In this document: positions 1-7,126 of the stretch, one piece after another
Position numbering within the stretch: the stretch's first letter is position 1
How the letters are laid out: each line of letters begins with the position of its first letter
NCBI GenBank assembly: GCA_043799385.1
Contig: JAZDNV010000012.1
Span: 1 to 11,220 of the forward strand
DNA length: 11,220 nt
DNA from: Candidatus Aenigmatarchaeota archaeon
GTDB lineage: Archaea > Aenigmatarchaeota > Aenigmatarchaeia > GW2011-AR5
Reading direction: 5' to 3'
The notes under the pieces: model-generated
Seen by the model: the letters and a program-made list of their open reading frames with translations, nothing else
Database searches by the model: none
What the model was told of the DNA's origin: nothing
Position numbers and translations under genes: made by a program

Positions 1-76
1 ATTATTTGATGATAATTTTGATTTAATAAAAAATAACTTCAGAACAAACATTTTACCATATATAAGAGAACCTGAT

Positions 77-439
77 ATGAGGGTTGATGCAATAGAATTA
101 TTAAATGTCTTCTTTGGAAAACTTATGGAAAGAATCGAACATACGAAGAATATGAAGGCTTTAGAATCAATAACCGAGGGTCTATCTAGTGGTAATATTA
201 AAGACGAGAAATTAACAGAAGAACAAAAAAATGTTATTATTAAACAGGGTACATTCTTCTTATTAAAAGAGAAGTTTAAAATGACTGCTTTAGATGAAAA
301 ATTAACATCTATACCGTTAGATAGCGAACAGATAGGAATACTTATGAGAAAACTTGCTTTATACTTGGATATGAAACCAAGTGTGATGGAGTTAGTGGAT
401 GGTTTATACGGAGATTATGATAAGAGAGGACATATATGA
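77..439 (+). CDS. Hypothetical soluble protein, 120 aa, probably alpha-helical
   Basis: ATG start, open frame and protein-like composition. Its TGA stop overlaps the next ATG (ATGA at 436-439), which is typical of translational coupling. No motif recognised. Confidence 0.75.
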   Translation: MRVDAIELLNVFFGKLMERIEHTKNMKALESITEGLSSGNIKDEKLTEEQKNVIIKQGTFFLLKEKFKMTALDEKLTSIPLDSEQIGILMRKLALYLDMKPSVMELVDGLYGDYDKRGHI

Positions 440-1032
440 AGAAAAGGTCAAAATACGTACTTTATTTGATTTTTTCATTGTTTGTTGGTTTTCTACTTGG
501 AGTTTTGGCAATACCCTTCTTTCATGAATCTGGGCATTACTTAACTGCCTATGTTTTTAACAGCTCTGCTATAGACAAGTTTGACTATTCTCCTGTAAGG
601 GCTCTGAAAAACATTATAATACCGCCAGAAAATGAGATTGGTCAACAGGTGACATTCAAGGGCGATTTATTTGAAATTTTTCCAGAATATCAGGTTATAA
701 TTATAGCCTTCGCCGGTATTATATTTGAACTTATACTATTTGCTCTTATTCTGTTTTTATTGAAAAAGATAAATGAGAAATACTCGAGGAAAAGGGATAA
801 TAAGTTTCTTGTCGGTTTTTCTTTTATTCTTGGATTTTATGCCTGTTTTGCTATAATTATACTTTCTTGGCTTCATGATATAACAGGTATTATGAGTTAT
901 TATTCAATAGAACCCATTGCACAAATATTCATAGCATTTTCTTTGGCCATTTCTATATTTTTAGTGTGGTTTTTTAATTTAATTAAATATTGGAGAATTC
1001 TTGATGCACATGCTAAGGCATTAGACAAATAG
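436..1032 (+). CDS. Membrane-embedded zinc metalloprotease, M50/site-2-protease-like (HExxH), 198 aa
   Basis: HESGH (523-537) lies at the end of the first hydrophobic helix (FFHESGHYLTA), followed later by an 'IAFAG' helix as in M50-like peptidases. About 4 TM segments. Candidate third ligand D148 (WLHD). AGAGGA lies 5 nt before the ATG. No clear NPDG motif. Confidence 0.75.
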   Translation: MKKRSKYVLYLIFSLFVGFLLGVLAIPFFHESGHYLTAYVFNSSAIDKFDYSPVRALKNIIIPPENEIGQQVTFKGDLFEIFPEYQVIIIAFAGIIFELILFALILFLLKKINEKYSRKRDNKFLVGFSFILGFYACFAIIILSWLHDITGIMSYYSIEPIAQIFIAFSLAISIFLVWFFNLIKYWRILDAHAKALDK

Positions 1033-1050
1033 TTTTGCTGAGTATAATCC

Positions 1051-1057
1051 TTTAATA
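1051..1057 (+). promoter_or_regulatory. Candidate archaeal TATA box (TTTAATA) for the small peptide gene
   Basis: Lies 26-32 nt upstream of ATG 1083, the spacing expected for a leaderless archaeal transcript. The AT-rich context weakens the signal. Confidence 0.3.
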
Positions 1058-1082
1058 GGTTGTTATCTATATTTTTAATAGT

Positions 1083-1262
1083 ATGAATGGAATTACCGTT
1101 TGGTTGGCAAAGAAAATACTCCCTGGGATTATTATTTATATGGTTGTATCTTCTTGGGCTGTTTCGCAAGGAGTTGATCCTACAGTTGCCAATATTATTG
1201 GAGCTGCTGCGGGTTTCGGAACAATAAGTTTGGCTATAACCGGAAAATTGCCAAAATTTTAA
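1083..1262 (+). CDS. Small hydrophobic two-helix membrane peptide, 59 aa (not in the ORF track)
   Basis: Manual translation: MNGITVWLAKKILPGIIIYMVVSSWAVSQGVDPTVANIIGAAAGFGTISLAITGKLPKF*, ATG 1083 to TAA 1260-1262. It is locally more GC-rich than its flanks, co-oriented with the upstream genes, and has two hydrophobic segments joined by GVDP and an AxxxGxxxG motif. Confidence 0.75.
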   Translation: MNGITVWLAKKILPGIIIYMVVSSWAVSQGVDPTVANIIGAAAGFGTISLAITGKLPKF

Positions 1263-1376
1263 CGTGCTTATTTGTAAAAATATATTACACCACAAATATT
1301 TCCCAATATAAAAATAAATATTATGGAGGAAAATAAGTATTTTATAAATGGTAAATGGGATTATAAATATTAATAG

Positions 1377-1388
1377 AAAAAGGTTTTT
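1377..1388. terminator. Possible bidirectional oligo-T terminator (AAAAA-GG-TTTTT) between convergent units
   Basis: Gives a T5 run on each strand and sits just past the IMPase-family stop codon. Archaeal intrinsic termination uses oligo-T tracts. It could alternatively be a BRE-TATA-like element. Confidence 0.3.
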
Positions 1389-1391
1389 AGC

Positions 1392-2156
1392 TTATAAATT
1401 CTTCAGAATTTCTTTGTGAAGCTCTTTCGTGCACGAACATACCAGGGTTGTTCTGTGTTTGAAGTCAGGATAGATTTTTATCTTATTTCCGGTTGCGTCG
1501 CTGACTATACCGCCGGCCCTCTCGACTATGAATTTGCCTATTAGTTCTGTTGTCGGATAGAGGTTTCCGCAATTTACAAAACCATCTGTATAACCCGCTG
1601 CCAGCCACGCCAGTGAATATTTTACAGAACCAGAATTGAACATTGCAGGAGCAATCTTGAATAGATTGGTTTTCATTATCGATTCCCTTTCTTTTGGCTT
1701 GTAACTTTCATAGTTGAGTATTGATTCATGAAGCCTTTTTGTGGCAGAAACGTGTATTTTCTTTTTGTTCTTGTACGCGCCCTTTCGGTCAGCGTGATAT
1801 ATATCCCTTGTTGCGAATAATCCTATTGCCTCGCATACGGGCCTTAATTTTTTGTCGCAGACAGTCAATCCTGTTGCGAAATACGCTGAGCCTCGCTTTG
1901 CAAAAATAGAGCCGCATACAGGATCGACAAAAACTGTGTAACCTGAATCTCTTTTTATTATCCTCTCTTCCGATATTATCGTAACTTCTGGAAAAGATTC
2001 TTCATACGATTTTTGTGCAACACGATCCAACTCATAAGCAATATCGCCTTTTGGGTTTCTGCCAAAGGGGTTTCCCCTGGTTCCTTTGGTCATTTCTTTA
2101 TCCATCACTTCAAAGAAATTCTTGACGGCATCCACGGCAATCTTGTTCCAGTTCAT
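1392..2156 (-). CDS. Inositol monophosphatase / FBPase (FIG superfamily, SuhB-like) protein with degenerate active site, 254 aa
   Basis: Family motifs present: GD...D, IISEE, VDPxxGS, GS...LAWLAAGYTDGFV, IVERAGGIVSDATG. The DPxDG motif reads DPVCG and the late 'DxAAG' motif reads TELIG. Confidence 0.88.
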   Translation of the reverse strand: MNWNKIAVDAVKNFFEVMDKEMTKGTRGNPFGRNPKGDIAYELDRVAQKSYEESFPEVTIISEERIIKRDSGYTVFVDPVCGSIFAKRGSAYFATGLTVCDKKLRPVCEAIGLFATRDIYHADRKGAYKNKKKIHVSATKRLHESILNYESYKPKERESIMKTNLFKIAPAMFNSGSVKYSLAWLAAGYTDGFVNCGNLYPTTELIGKFIVERAGGIVSDATGNKIKIYPDFKHRTTLVCSCTKELHKEILKNL

Positions 2157-2701
2157 TAATTCACCTTTATACTATTGATTATCATTTTTACTATCTCTTC
2201 GGGTTTTTTGTTCATGGTGTCTATTATCAAATCGGCCTCTTTTTCCTGTATGAAATAATCAAACCCGTATATCTTCTTCCAATTTTCGCGCTCATCGCGC
2301 TGCTTCTCCTTGAGGAATCTCATAGCATCCTTCAACATAAGGTTGTCCCTTTTAACATAACGCTTCGCACGAACGTTCAGCGGAGCTTTAAGCCAGATGC
2401 GAAAATCGGCGTTCTTTATGAAGCGTATCGATATCTTTCCCTCAATAACAATATCTCCGCGCTTTGCCAAGTCCTCCTGCATTCTTTCCACAGTAACGTG
2501 ATGCTCTTTGCTCTTGCCACGTTTCGTCTTCCAGAAATCGACAGATCGCTCTGTCTCTTTTTTATCTATCTTCATATCCTCTCTCATGATTTTTTTCGTG
2601 TAAGCTCCGACAGAAAAGAATTTTAATTTCAGCTTTTTGGCCAAGAGCCTTGCAGTCGTCGTAGAACCGCAACCTGGCATGCCTGAAACAACAACTATCA
2701 T
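2156..2701 (-). CDS. cmk: Cytidylate kinase, archaeal type, 181 aa (start reassigned to ATG 2701)
   Basis: MIVVVSGMPGCGSTT P-loop at the N-terminus, IVIEG, IWLKAPLNVRAKR, R...IYGFD and DLIIDT match archaeal Cmk. The stop overlaps the next start (TAATG). Confidence 0.88.
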   Translation of the reverse strand: MIVVVSGMPGCGSTTTARLLAKKLKLKFFSVGAYTKKIMREDMKIDKKETERSVDFWKTKRGKSKEHHVTVERMQEDLAKRGDIVIEGKISIRFIKNADFRIWLKAPLNVRAKRYVKRDNLMLKDAMRFLKEKQRDERENWKKIYGFDYFIQEKEADLIIDTMNKKPEEIVKMIINSIKVN

Positions 2702-2716
2702 AATCCTATTCTTCCT

Positions 2717-2743
2717 TGGGAATAATTTAAATCTCTTTTCCCA
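2717..2743. promoter_or_regulatory. Shared divergent promoter: palindromic ATTTAAAT TATA box with purine-rich BRE-like flanks
   Basis: The 61-nt gap between the divergent cmk and MBL genes contains ATTTAAAT (2725-2732), 24-31 nt from the cmk ATG and 31-38 nt from the MBL ATG. It is flanked by TGGGAA (2717-2722) and TTCCCA (2738-2743). Confidence 0.55.
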
Positions 2744-2762
2744 TAGATTATTAGAGAATCCT

Positions 2763-3548
2763 ATGAAAAATGTTGCAAACCGAATGGTCTTCTTGGGCAC
2801 AGGAGGCGGAAAGAACGTTATGTTCACCCAGGTGAGAAAGACCGGCGGAATATTTGTCGAGCTTGACGGGACTAGATTTATCATAGACCCAGGTCCTGGT
2901 TCTTTGGTCAATGCACAGAAACTGGGGCTAACGCTGCAGAAACTGGACGGAATACTGCTTTCGCATCTTCATCCCGACCACTCAACGGACGCGAACGCGT
3001 TGCTGGACGGAATCAGAGACCCAATTTTGATAGCAGAAGAGCACTGCCTGAAGCCAAAGGACCGCTATTATCCATGCGTTTCAAAGTACCATCAGGAAAA
3101 ATCAAAGGTAAAGGCGATGAAGAAAGGCAAAAAGACCAAAATAAAAAATCTAATCGTAGAGGCCGTAAACGCTGACCACTATGTCCCAACAATCGGATTC
3201 AAAATAAAGGGCTCAAAGACCATTGGCTACGCTTCTGATGGCACATATTTCAAAGGCCAGGAAAAATACTTCGAGAATTGCGACTTGCTTATATTGAACG
3301 TTTTGGTGCCAAAGGAGGAGAAAGCCGAACCGCACTGGCATATGAGCGTGGAAAATGCTATAGAAATGCTCAATAAAATAAAAAAGAAGCCACGCCTCGT
3401 CGTGATACAGCATTTCTCGTTCTGGATGCTCCGTGCAAACGTTGCTAATCAGGCAAAAATCATGGAGGAGGAAACGGGCGTTAAATGCATACCAGCAGAG
3501 GATTTCATGGAATTAAATTTAAATACTCTGTCTACAAAGAAAAGATAA
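2763..3548 (+). CDS. MBL-fold metallo-hydrolase (archaeal RNase Z/PhnP-like group), 261 aa (start reassigned to ATG 2763)
   Basis: FLGTGGG, IIDPGPG, the metal-binding SHLHPDH (HxHxDH), ADH, YASDG, WHM and IQHF motifs. The upstream in-frame extension overlaps cmk and is implausible. Confidence 0.9.
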   Translation: MKNVANRMVFLGTGGGKNVMFTQVRKTGGIFVELDGTRFIIDPGPGSLVNAQKLGLTLQKLDGILLSHLHPDHSTDANALLDGIRDPILIAEEHCLKPKDRYYPCVSKYHQEKSKVKAMKKGKKTKIKNLIVEAVNADHYVPTIGFKIKGSKTIGYASDGTYFKGQEKYFENCDLLILNVLVPKEEKAEPHWHMSVENAIEMLNKIKKKPRLVVIQHFSFWMLRANVANQAKIMEEETGVKCIPAEDFMELNLNTLSTKKR

Positions 3549-3630
3549 AGTGATAAGAGTGGATTCACCCGTATGTGCCTGAGTTAATTCTTTTATTTAG
3601 CCGCGATAATAATCTATTAGATGTGTCATT

Positions 3631-5964
3631 ATGAACGAGCCAAAAATAAAGGAAAAGACGTGGAACATGCAACTTGAGAAGGCGATTGCAAAGAAATGGC
3701 TAAATGAAAAACCGTACAAGCTCAATGAAAAAAGCAAGAAGATATTCAGCATTGATACGCCGCCTCCTTATCCTTCTGGGAAACCGTGGCATATCGGCGC
3801 TGCAGCGCATTACTCGCAAATCGACATGATCGCGCGCACGGCGAGAATGCTCGGCTTCGCTGTGCACTTTCCGATAGGCATCGACCGCAACGGCCTGCCT
3901 GTCGAGATGTACACGGAAAAGAAATATGGGATAAAGCTGCAAGACGTTTCACGAGAAAAATTCACTGAATTGTGCACGACCGCATTAGATGATTTAGAGG
4001 AATACATGCTCAACGTAATGAGAATCATGGGAATGAGCGGAGACTTTGATAATTATTATCGCACTGACTCCCGTAAATATCGTGCATTAACGCAGAACAC
4101 TTTCATAGAGCTATGGAATCGCAAATTAATCTATGAGGACACCAGACCGAACAACTACTGCATTGACTGCAAGACGACTATCGCTGACGCAGAAATCGTT
4201 TATCAGGACATGCAAACGCAATTGGTTTATGTTAGATTCAAGGTTGTTGAAGGCGGCGAAATCATAGTCGCTACGACACGTCCTGAATTGCTCTGCTCAT
4301 GCCAGCTTGTTATGGTCCATCCGGACGACGACCGCTACAGGGATTTTGTCGGCAAGCATGCAACAATACCGTTGTTTGAGCGAAATGTCCCTATAATCGC
4401 GCATCCATATGCGAATCCGGAATTCGGCTCAGGCGTCGTCATGATGTGCTCATACGGCGATTATTCGGACGTGAGGATATTTAGAGAATTAAATCTAAAG
4501 GAAATAATAGCAATTGACGTGAATGGAAGGATGGCCGACTCTGCAGGCAAATATTCTGGAATGCATGTAAAAGAGGCAAGAAAGAAAATCACAGAAGATA
4601 TTGAGCCGTTTGTTGAAAAGAAAGAGAACATAATGCATCGGACACCTATGTGCGAACGCAGCAAAACACCGATAGAGATAATCCCGATGAACGAATACTA
4701 TTTGAAGCAGACGAATTTCATCCCGTCATTGAAAAAAATTGCAAAGAAGATGGAGTTCCATCCGAAAGAGCATATGCAAATACTCATGGACTGGATGAAC
4801 GCCGTCTCGATGGACTGGCCTATATCCAGAAGGAGATATTATGCGACTGAGATACCGATTTGGTATTGCAAACAATGCAGGAAACCGCACTTGCCAAAGC
4901 AAGGCTACGTGCAACCGTGGAAGGAAAAATTCAACGGACGATGTGATTGTAGTTGCGATGAGTTTATTGGCGAGGAGCGAACGTTCGATACATGGATGGA
5001 TTCTTCCGTATCGCCGCTATTCATAGCCAAGTATAAGAGCGATAGCAAATTCTTCAAGAGGGCATTTCCTAATTCCGTCCGACCGCAGGGCAAGGACATA
5101 ATAAGGACATGGCTCTACTACACGTTGCTTCGATGTTATCAGCTCACGGACGAGCAGGCGTTCGAGCATGTCTGGATAACCGGCTACGGCGTTGATGAAA
5201 AAGGCGAGAAAATGAGCAAGAGTAAGGGAAACGTCATCGACCCTCTGCCGATTCTCGAGCGCTACGGCGCTGACTCATTCCGATTCTGGAACGCAGCTGA
5301 AGCCAGCTTAGGCAACGACTATCGCTGCTCCGAAGAACGCATCGTGAATGCAAGCAAGTTCCTGACAAAGTTATGGAACGTTTCACGCTTCATTTCTTCG
5401 TTCCCTAAGCGAAAAAAGGCAAGGCTGACAGAATTGGACAAATGGATTCTACAAGAGCTTGATAAGCTAATCAACGAATGCGAAAAGGGTTATGATGATT
5501 TCAACTTTTTCATACCAGCAAACAAAATCCGCGAATTCGTCTGGTTCTTTGCATCCTATTATGTTGAATTAGCGAAAGCACGGGCCTACGGCGACAAGCG
5601 GTTTACAAAAGCAGAAAGAGACTCGTCATTGTATACGCTAAACTATTGCCTAGAAACGATACTCAAACTCCTAGCGCCAATCGCACCGTACATAACTGAT
5701 TACATCTGGCGCGAGATGTACGGCAAGAAGTGCATACATCTTGAAAAATTCGAGGAGAAGAAAAACGTCAGGTCAAAGATAGACACTGAATTATTTATTG
5801 ACCTGAACAGCCGTATATGGAAGAAAAAGAAGGATAGTGGATTGTCGCTAAAAGCAGAGATAGGCGAAATAACAATCCCGAAAAAATTCAAGTGCATCGA
5901 AAAAGACATCGTGGCAACGCATAGTGTAAAAAAAATAAAATACGGGAAAGAGATAAGGGTTTAA
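3631..5964 (+). CDS. valS: Valine--tRNA ligase, archaeal type, 777 aa
   Basis: FSIDTPPPYPSG, HIGH-like HIGA (3790-3801), editing-domain ATTRPELL and GSGVVMMCSYGD, DWPISRRR, FDTWMDSS, RPQGKDIIRTW, KMSKS (5209-5223) and anticodon-binding KLWNVSRF. No bacterial C-terminal coiled coil. Confidence 0.97.
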   Translation: MNEPKIKEKTWNMQLEKAIAKKWLNEKPYKLNEKSKKIFSIDTPPPYPSGKPWHIGAAAHYSQIDMIARTARMLGFAVHFPIGIDRNGLPVEMYTEKKYGIKLQDVSREKFTELCTTALDDLEEYMLNVMRIMGMSGDFDNYYRTDSRKYRALTQNTFIELWNRKLIYEDTRPNNYCIDCKTTIADAEIVYQDMQTQLVYVRFKVVEGGEIIVATTRPELLCSCQLVMVHPDDDRYRDFVGKHATIPLFERNVPIIAHPYANPEFGSGVVMMCSYGDYSDVRIFRELNLKEIIAIDVNGRMADSAGKYSGMHVKEARKKITEDIEPFVEKKENIMHRTPMCERSKTPIEIIPMNEYYLKQTNFIPSLKKIAKKMEFHPKEHMQILMDWMNAVSMDWPISRRRYYATEIPIWYCKQCRKPHLPKQGYVQPWKEKFNGRCDCSCDEFIGEERTFDTWMDSSVSPLFIAKYKSDSKFFKRAFPNSVRPQGKDIIRTWLYYTLLRCYQLTDEQAFEHVWITGYGVDEKGEKMSKSKGNVIDPLPILERYGADSFRFWNAAEASLGNDYRCSEERIVNASKFLTKLWNVSRFISSFPKRKKARLTELDKWILQELDKLINECEKGYDDFNFFIPANKIREFVWFFASYYVELAKARAYGDKRFTKAERDSSLYTLNYCLETILKLLAPIAPYITDYIWREMYGKKCIHLEKFEEKKNVRSKIDTELFIDLNSRIWKKKKDSGLSLKAEIGEITIPKKFKCIEKDIVATHSVKKIKYGKEIRV

Positions 5965-5996
5965 CTTCTTCCGACAATATTTTATTAGTGATAATT

Positions 5997-7118
5997 ATGC
6001 CTGAAGAAACAACTGAAAAGTTAAAGACAAAATATAAGCTGAAAAAGTTCGTAAAGATGCTTGAGGACATCAAAGGCCACCACACAGAACTGGTCAGCGT
6101 TTACGTTCCTGTCGGCTACAGCTTGAACGAGGTTTCAAACCAGCTTCGGCAAGAGCAGTCGACGTCCGAGAATATAAAATCCAAAAATGTGAGAAAAAAC
6201 GTCACGACCTCGTTGGATAAGATAATTCGCCATCTGCAACTGTACAAATCGACACCTGAAAACGGATTAGCCGTTTTCTGCGGCAACATATCGCCCACTG
6301 ACAAGGTGGATATAGAATTATTCGCGATAGAACCGCCTGAACCGATAAAGGTGAAATTATACTGGTGCGACCAGCGATTCGTTCTCGACCCGCTATACGA
6401 GATTGTGAAGGAGAAGGAAATTTATGGTATTATCTGCCTTGACCGCAGCGAGGCGGACATTGCATTGCTATCAGGAAAAAGAATCGATCATCTGACTCAT
6501 TTCGAGTCAATCGTTCCTGGAAAAATGCGTGCAGGCGGCCAGAGCGCTGCAAGATTCGCCCGTGTCCGCGAGGGTCTGATAAATGACTGGTTGAAACGTA
6601 TAGGCGAAGCCTGCAACAAAGTATTCGAGGAGCACAAGGAAGTGCTTGGCATCCTGTTAGCCGGACCAGGGCCGTTGAAAGAATTCTTCCTGAAGGGAGA
6701 TTATCTTCATGCCGATGTCAAGAAAAAAATTCTCGGTTTAGTCGACACCAGTTATACAGCCGAACAGGGTCTGGAAGAAGCGATTGTCCGCGGCGAATCA
6801 TTGCTGAAGGAAGCGAGCGTCTTCAAGGAGAAAAAGCTTCTGCAGAAATTCTTCAACGAGCTACCGAGACCGAATAGCCTGGTTAAATACGGACTAGATG
6901 ATGTTCTAAAGGCGCTGGAGATGGGTGCAGTTGATATAGTGATGATCAGCGAATTCTTTGCAAACAACCGCACATTGGAAAGAAAGGATATAATAGAGGC
7001 GTTAGAAGAGAAAACAAAGAATTACGGCACGACTCTCGTAGTAGTTTCTTCTGATACTAGAGAAGGCAGCCAGTTCGAACCGTTCGGCATAGCAGCATTC
7101 CTGAGATATAACATATAG
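5997..7118 (+). CDS. prf1: Peptide chain release factor aRF1, 373 aa from ATG 5997 (GTG 5988 is an alternative start)
   Basis: NIKS, YxCxxxF (YWCDQRF), GGQS catalytic motif (RAGGQSAARFAR), LAGPG and C-terminal GIAAFLRY. GTGAT upstream resembles an archaeal SD for ATG 5997. Confidence 0.97.
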   Translation: MPEETTEKLKTKYKLKKFVKMLEDIKGHHTELVSVYVPVGYSLNEVSNQLRQEQSTSENIKSKNVRKNVTTSLDKIIRHLQLYKSTPENGLAVFCGNISPTDKVDIELFAIEPPEPIKVKLYWCDQRFVLDPLYEIVKEKEIYGIICLDRSEADIALLSGKRIDHLTHFESIVPGKMRAGGQSAARFARVREGLINDWLKRIGEACNKVFEEHKEVLGILLAGPGPLKEFFLKGDYLHADVKKKILGLVDTSYTAEQGLEEAIVRGESLLKEASVFKEKKLLQKFFNELPRPNSLVKYGLDDVLKALEMGAVDIVMISEFFANNRTLERKDIIEALEEKTKNYGTTLVVVSSDTREGSQFEPFGIAAFLRYNI

Positions 7119-7126
7119 ACTCAGTC

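Noticed and set aside
900..1295. 131-aa minus-strand ORF
   Set aside because: TTG start, Asn/Cys-rich non-protein-like composition, and antisense to both the protease gene and the more convincing 59-aa ORF.
1323..1373. 16-aa micro-ORF MEENKYFINGKWDYKY
   Set aside because: Too short to support. The resemblance of FINGKW to aldehyde dehydrogenase N-termini could easily be chance.
2655..2684. Cmk P-loop lacking the Walker A lysine (GCGSTT)
   Set aside because: Archaeal cytidylate kinases commonly have GxGTTT-type loops without Lys, so this is not evidence of inactivation.
2637..2911. Long N-terminal extensions making cmk and the MBL gene overlap head-to-head
   Set aside because: Family homology begins at ATG 2701 (minus) and ATG 2763 (plus). 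Each extension is the antisense reading of the other gene across a promoter-like gap.
3549..3630. T-box riboswitch upstream of valS
   Set aside because: The gap is only 82 nt, has no T-box consensus, and T-boxes are bacterial elements.
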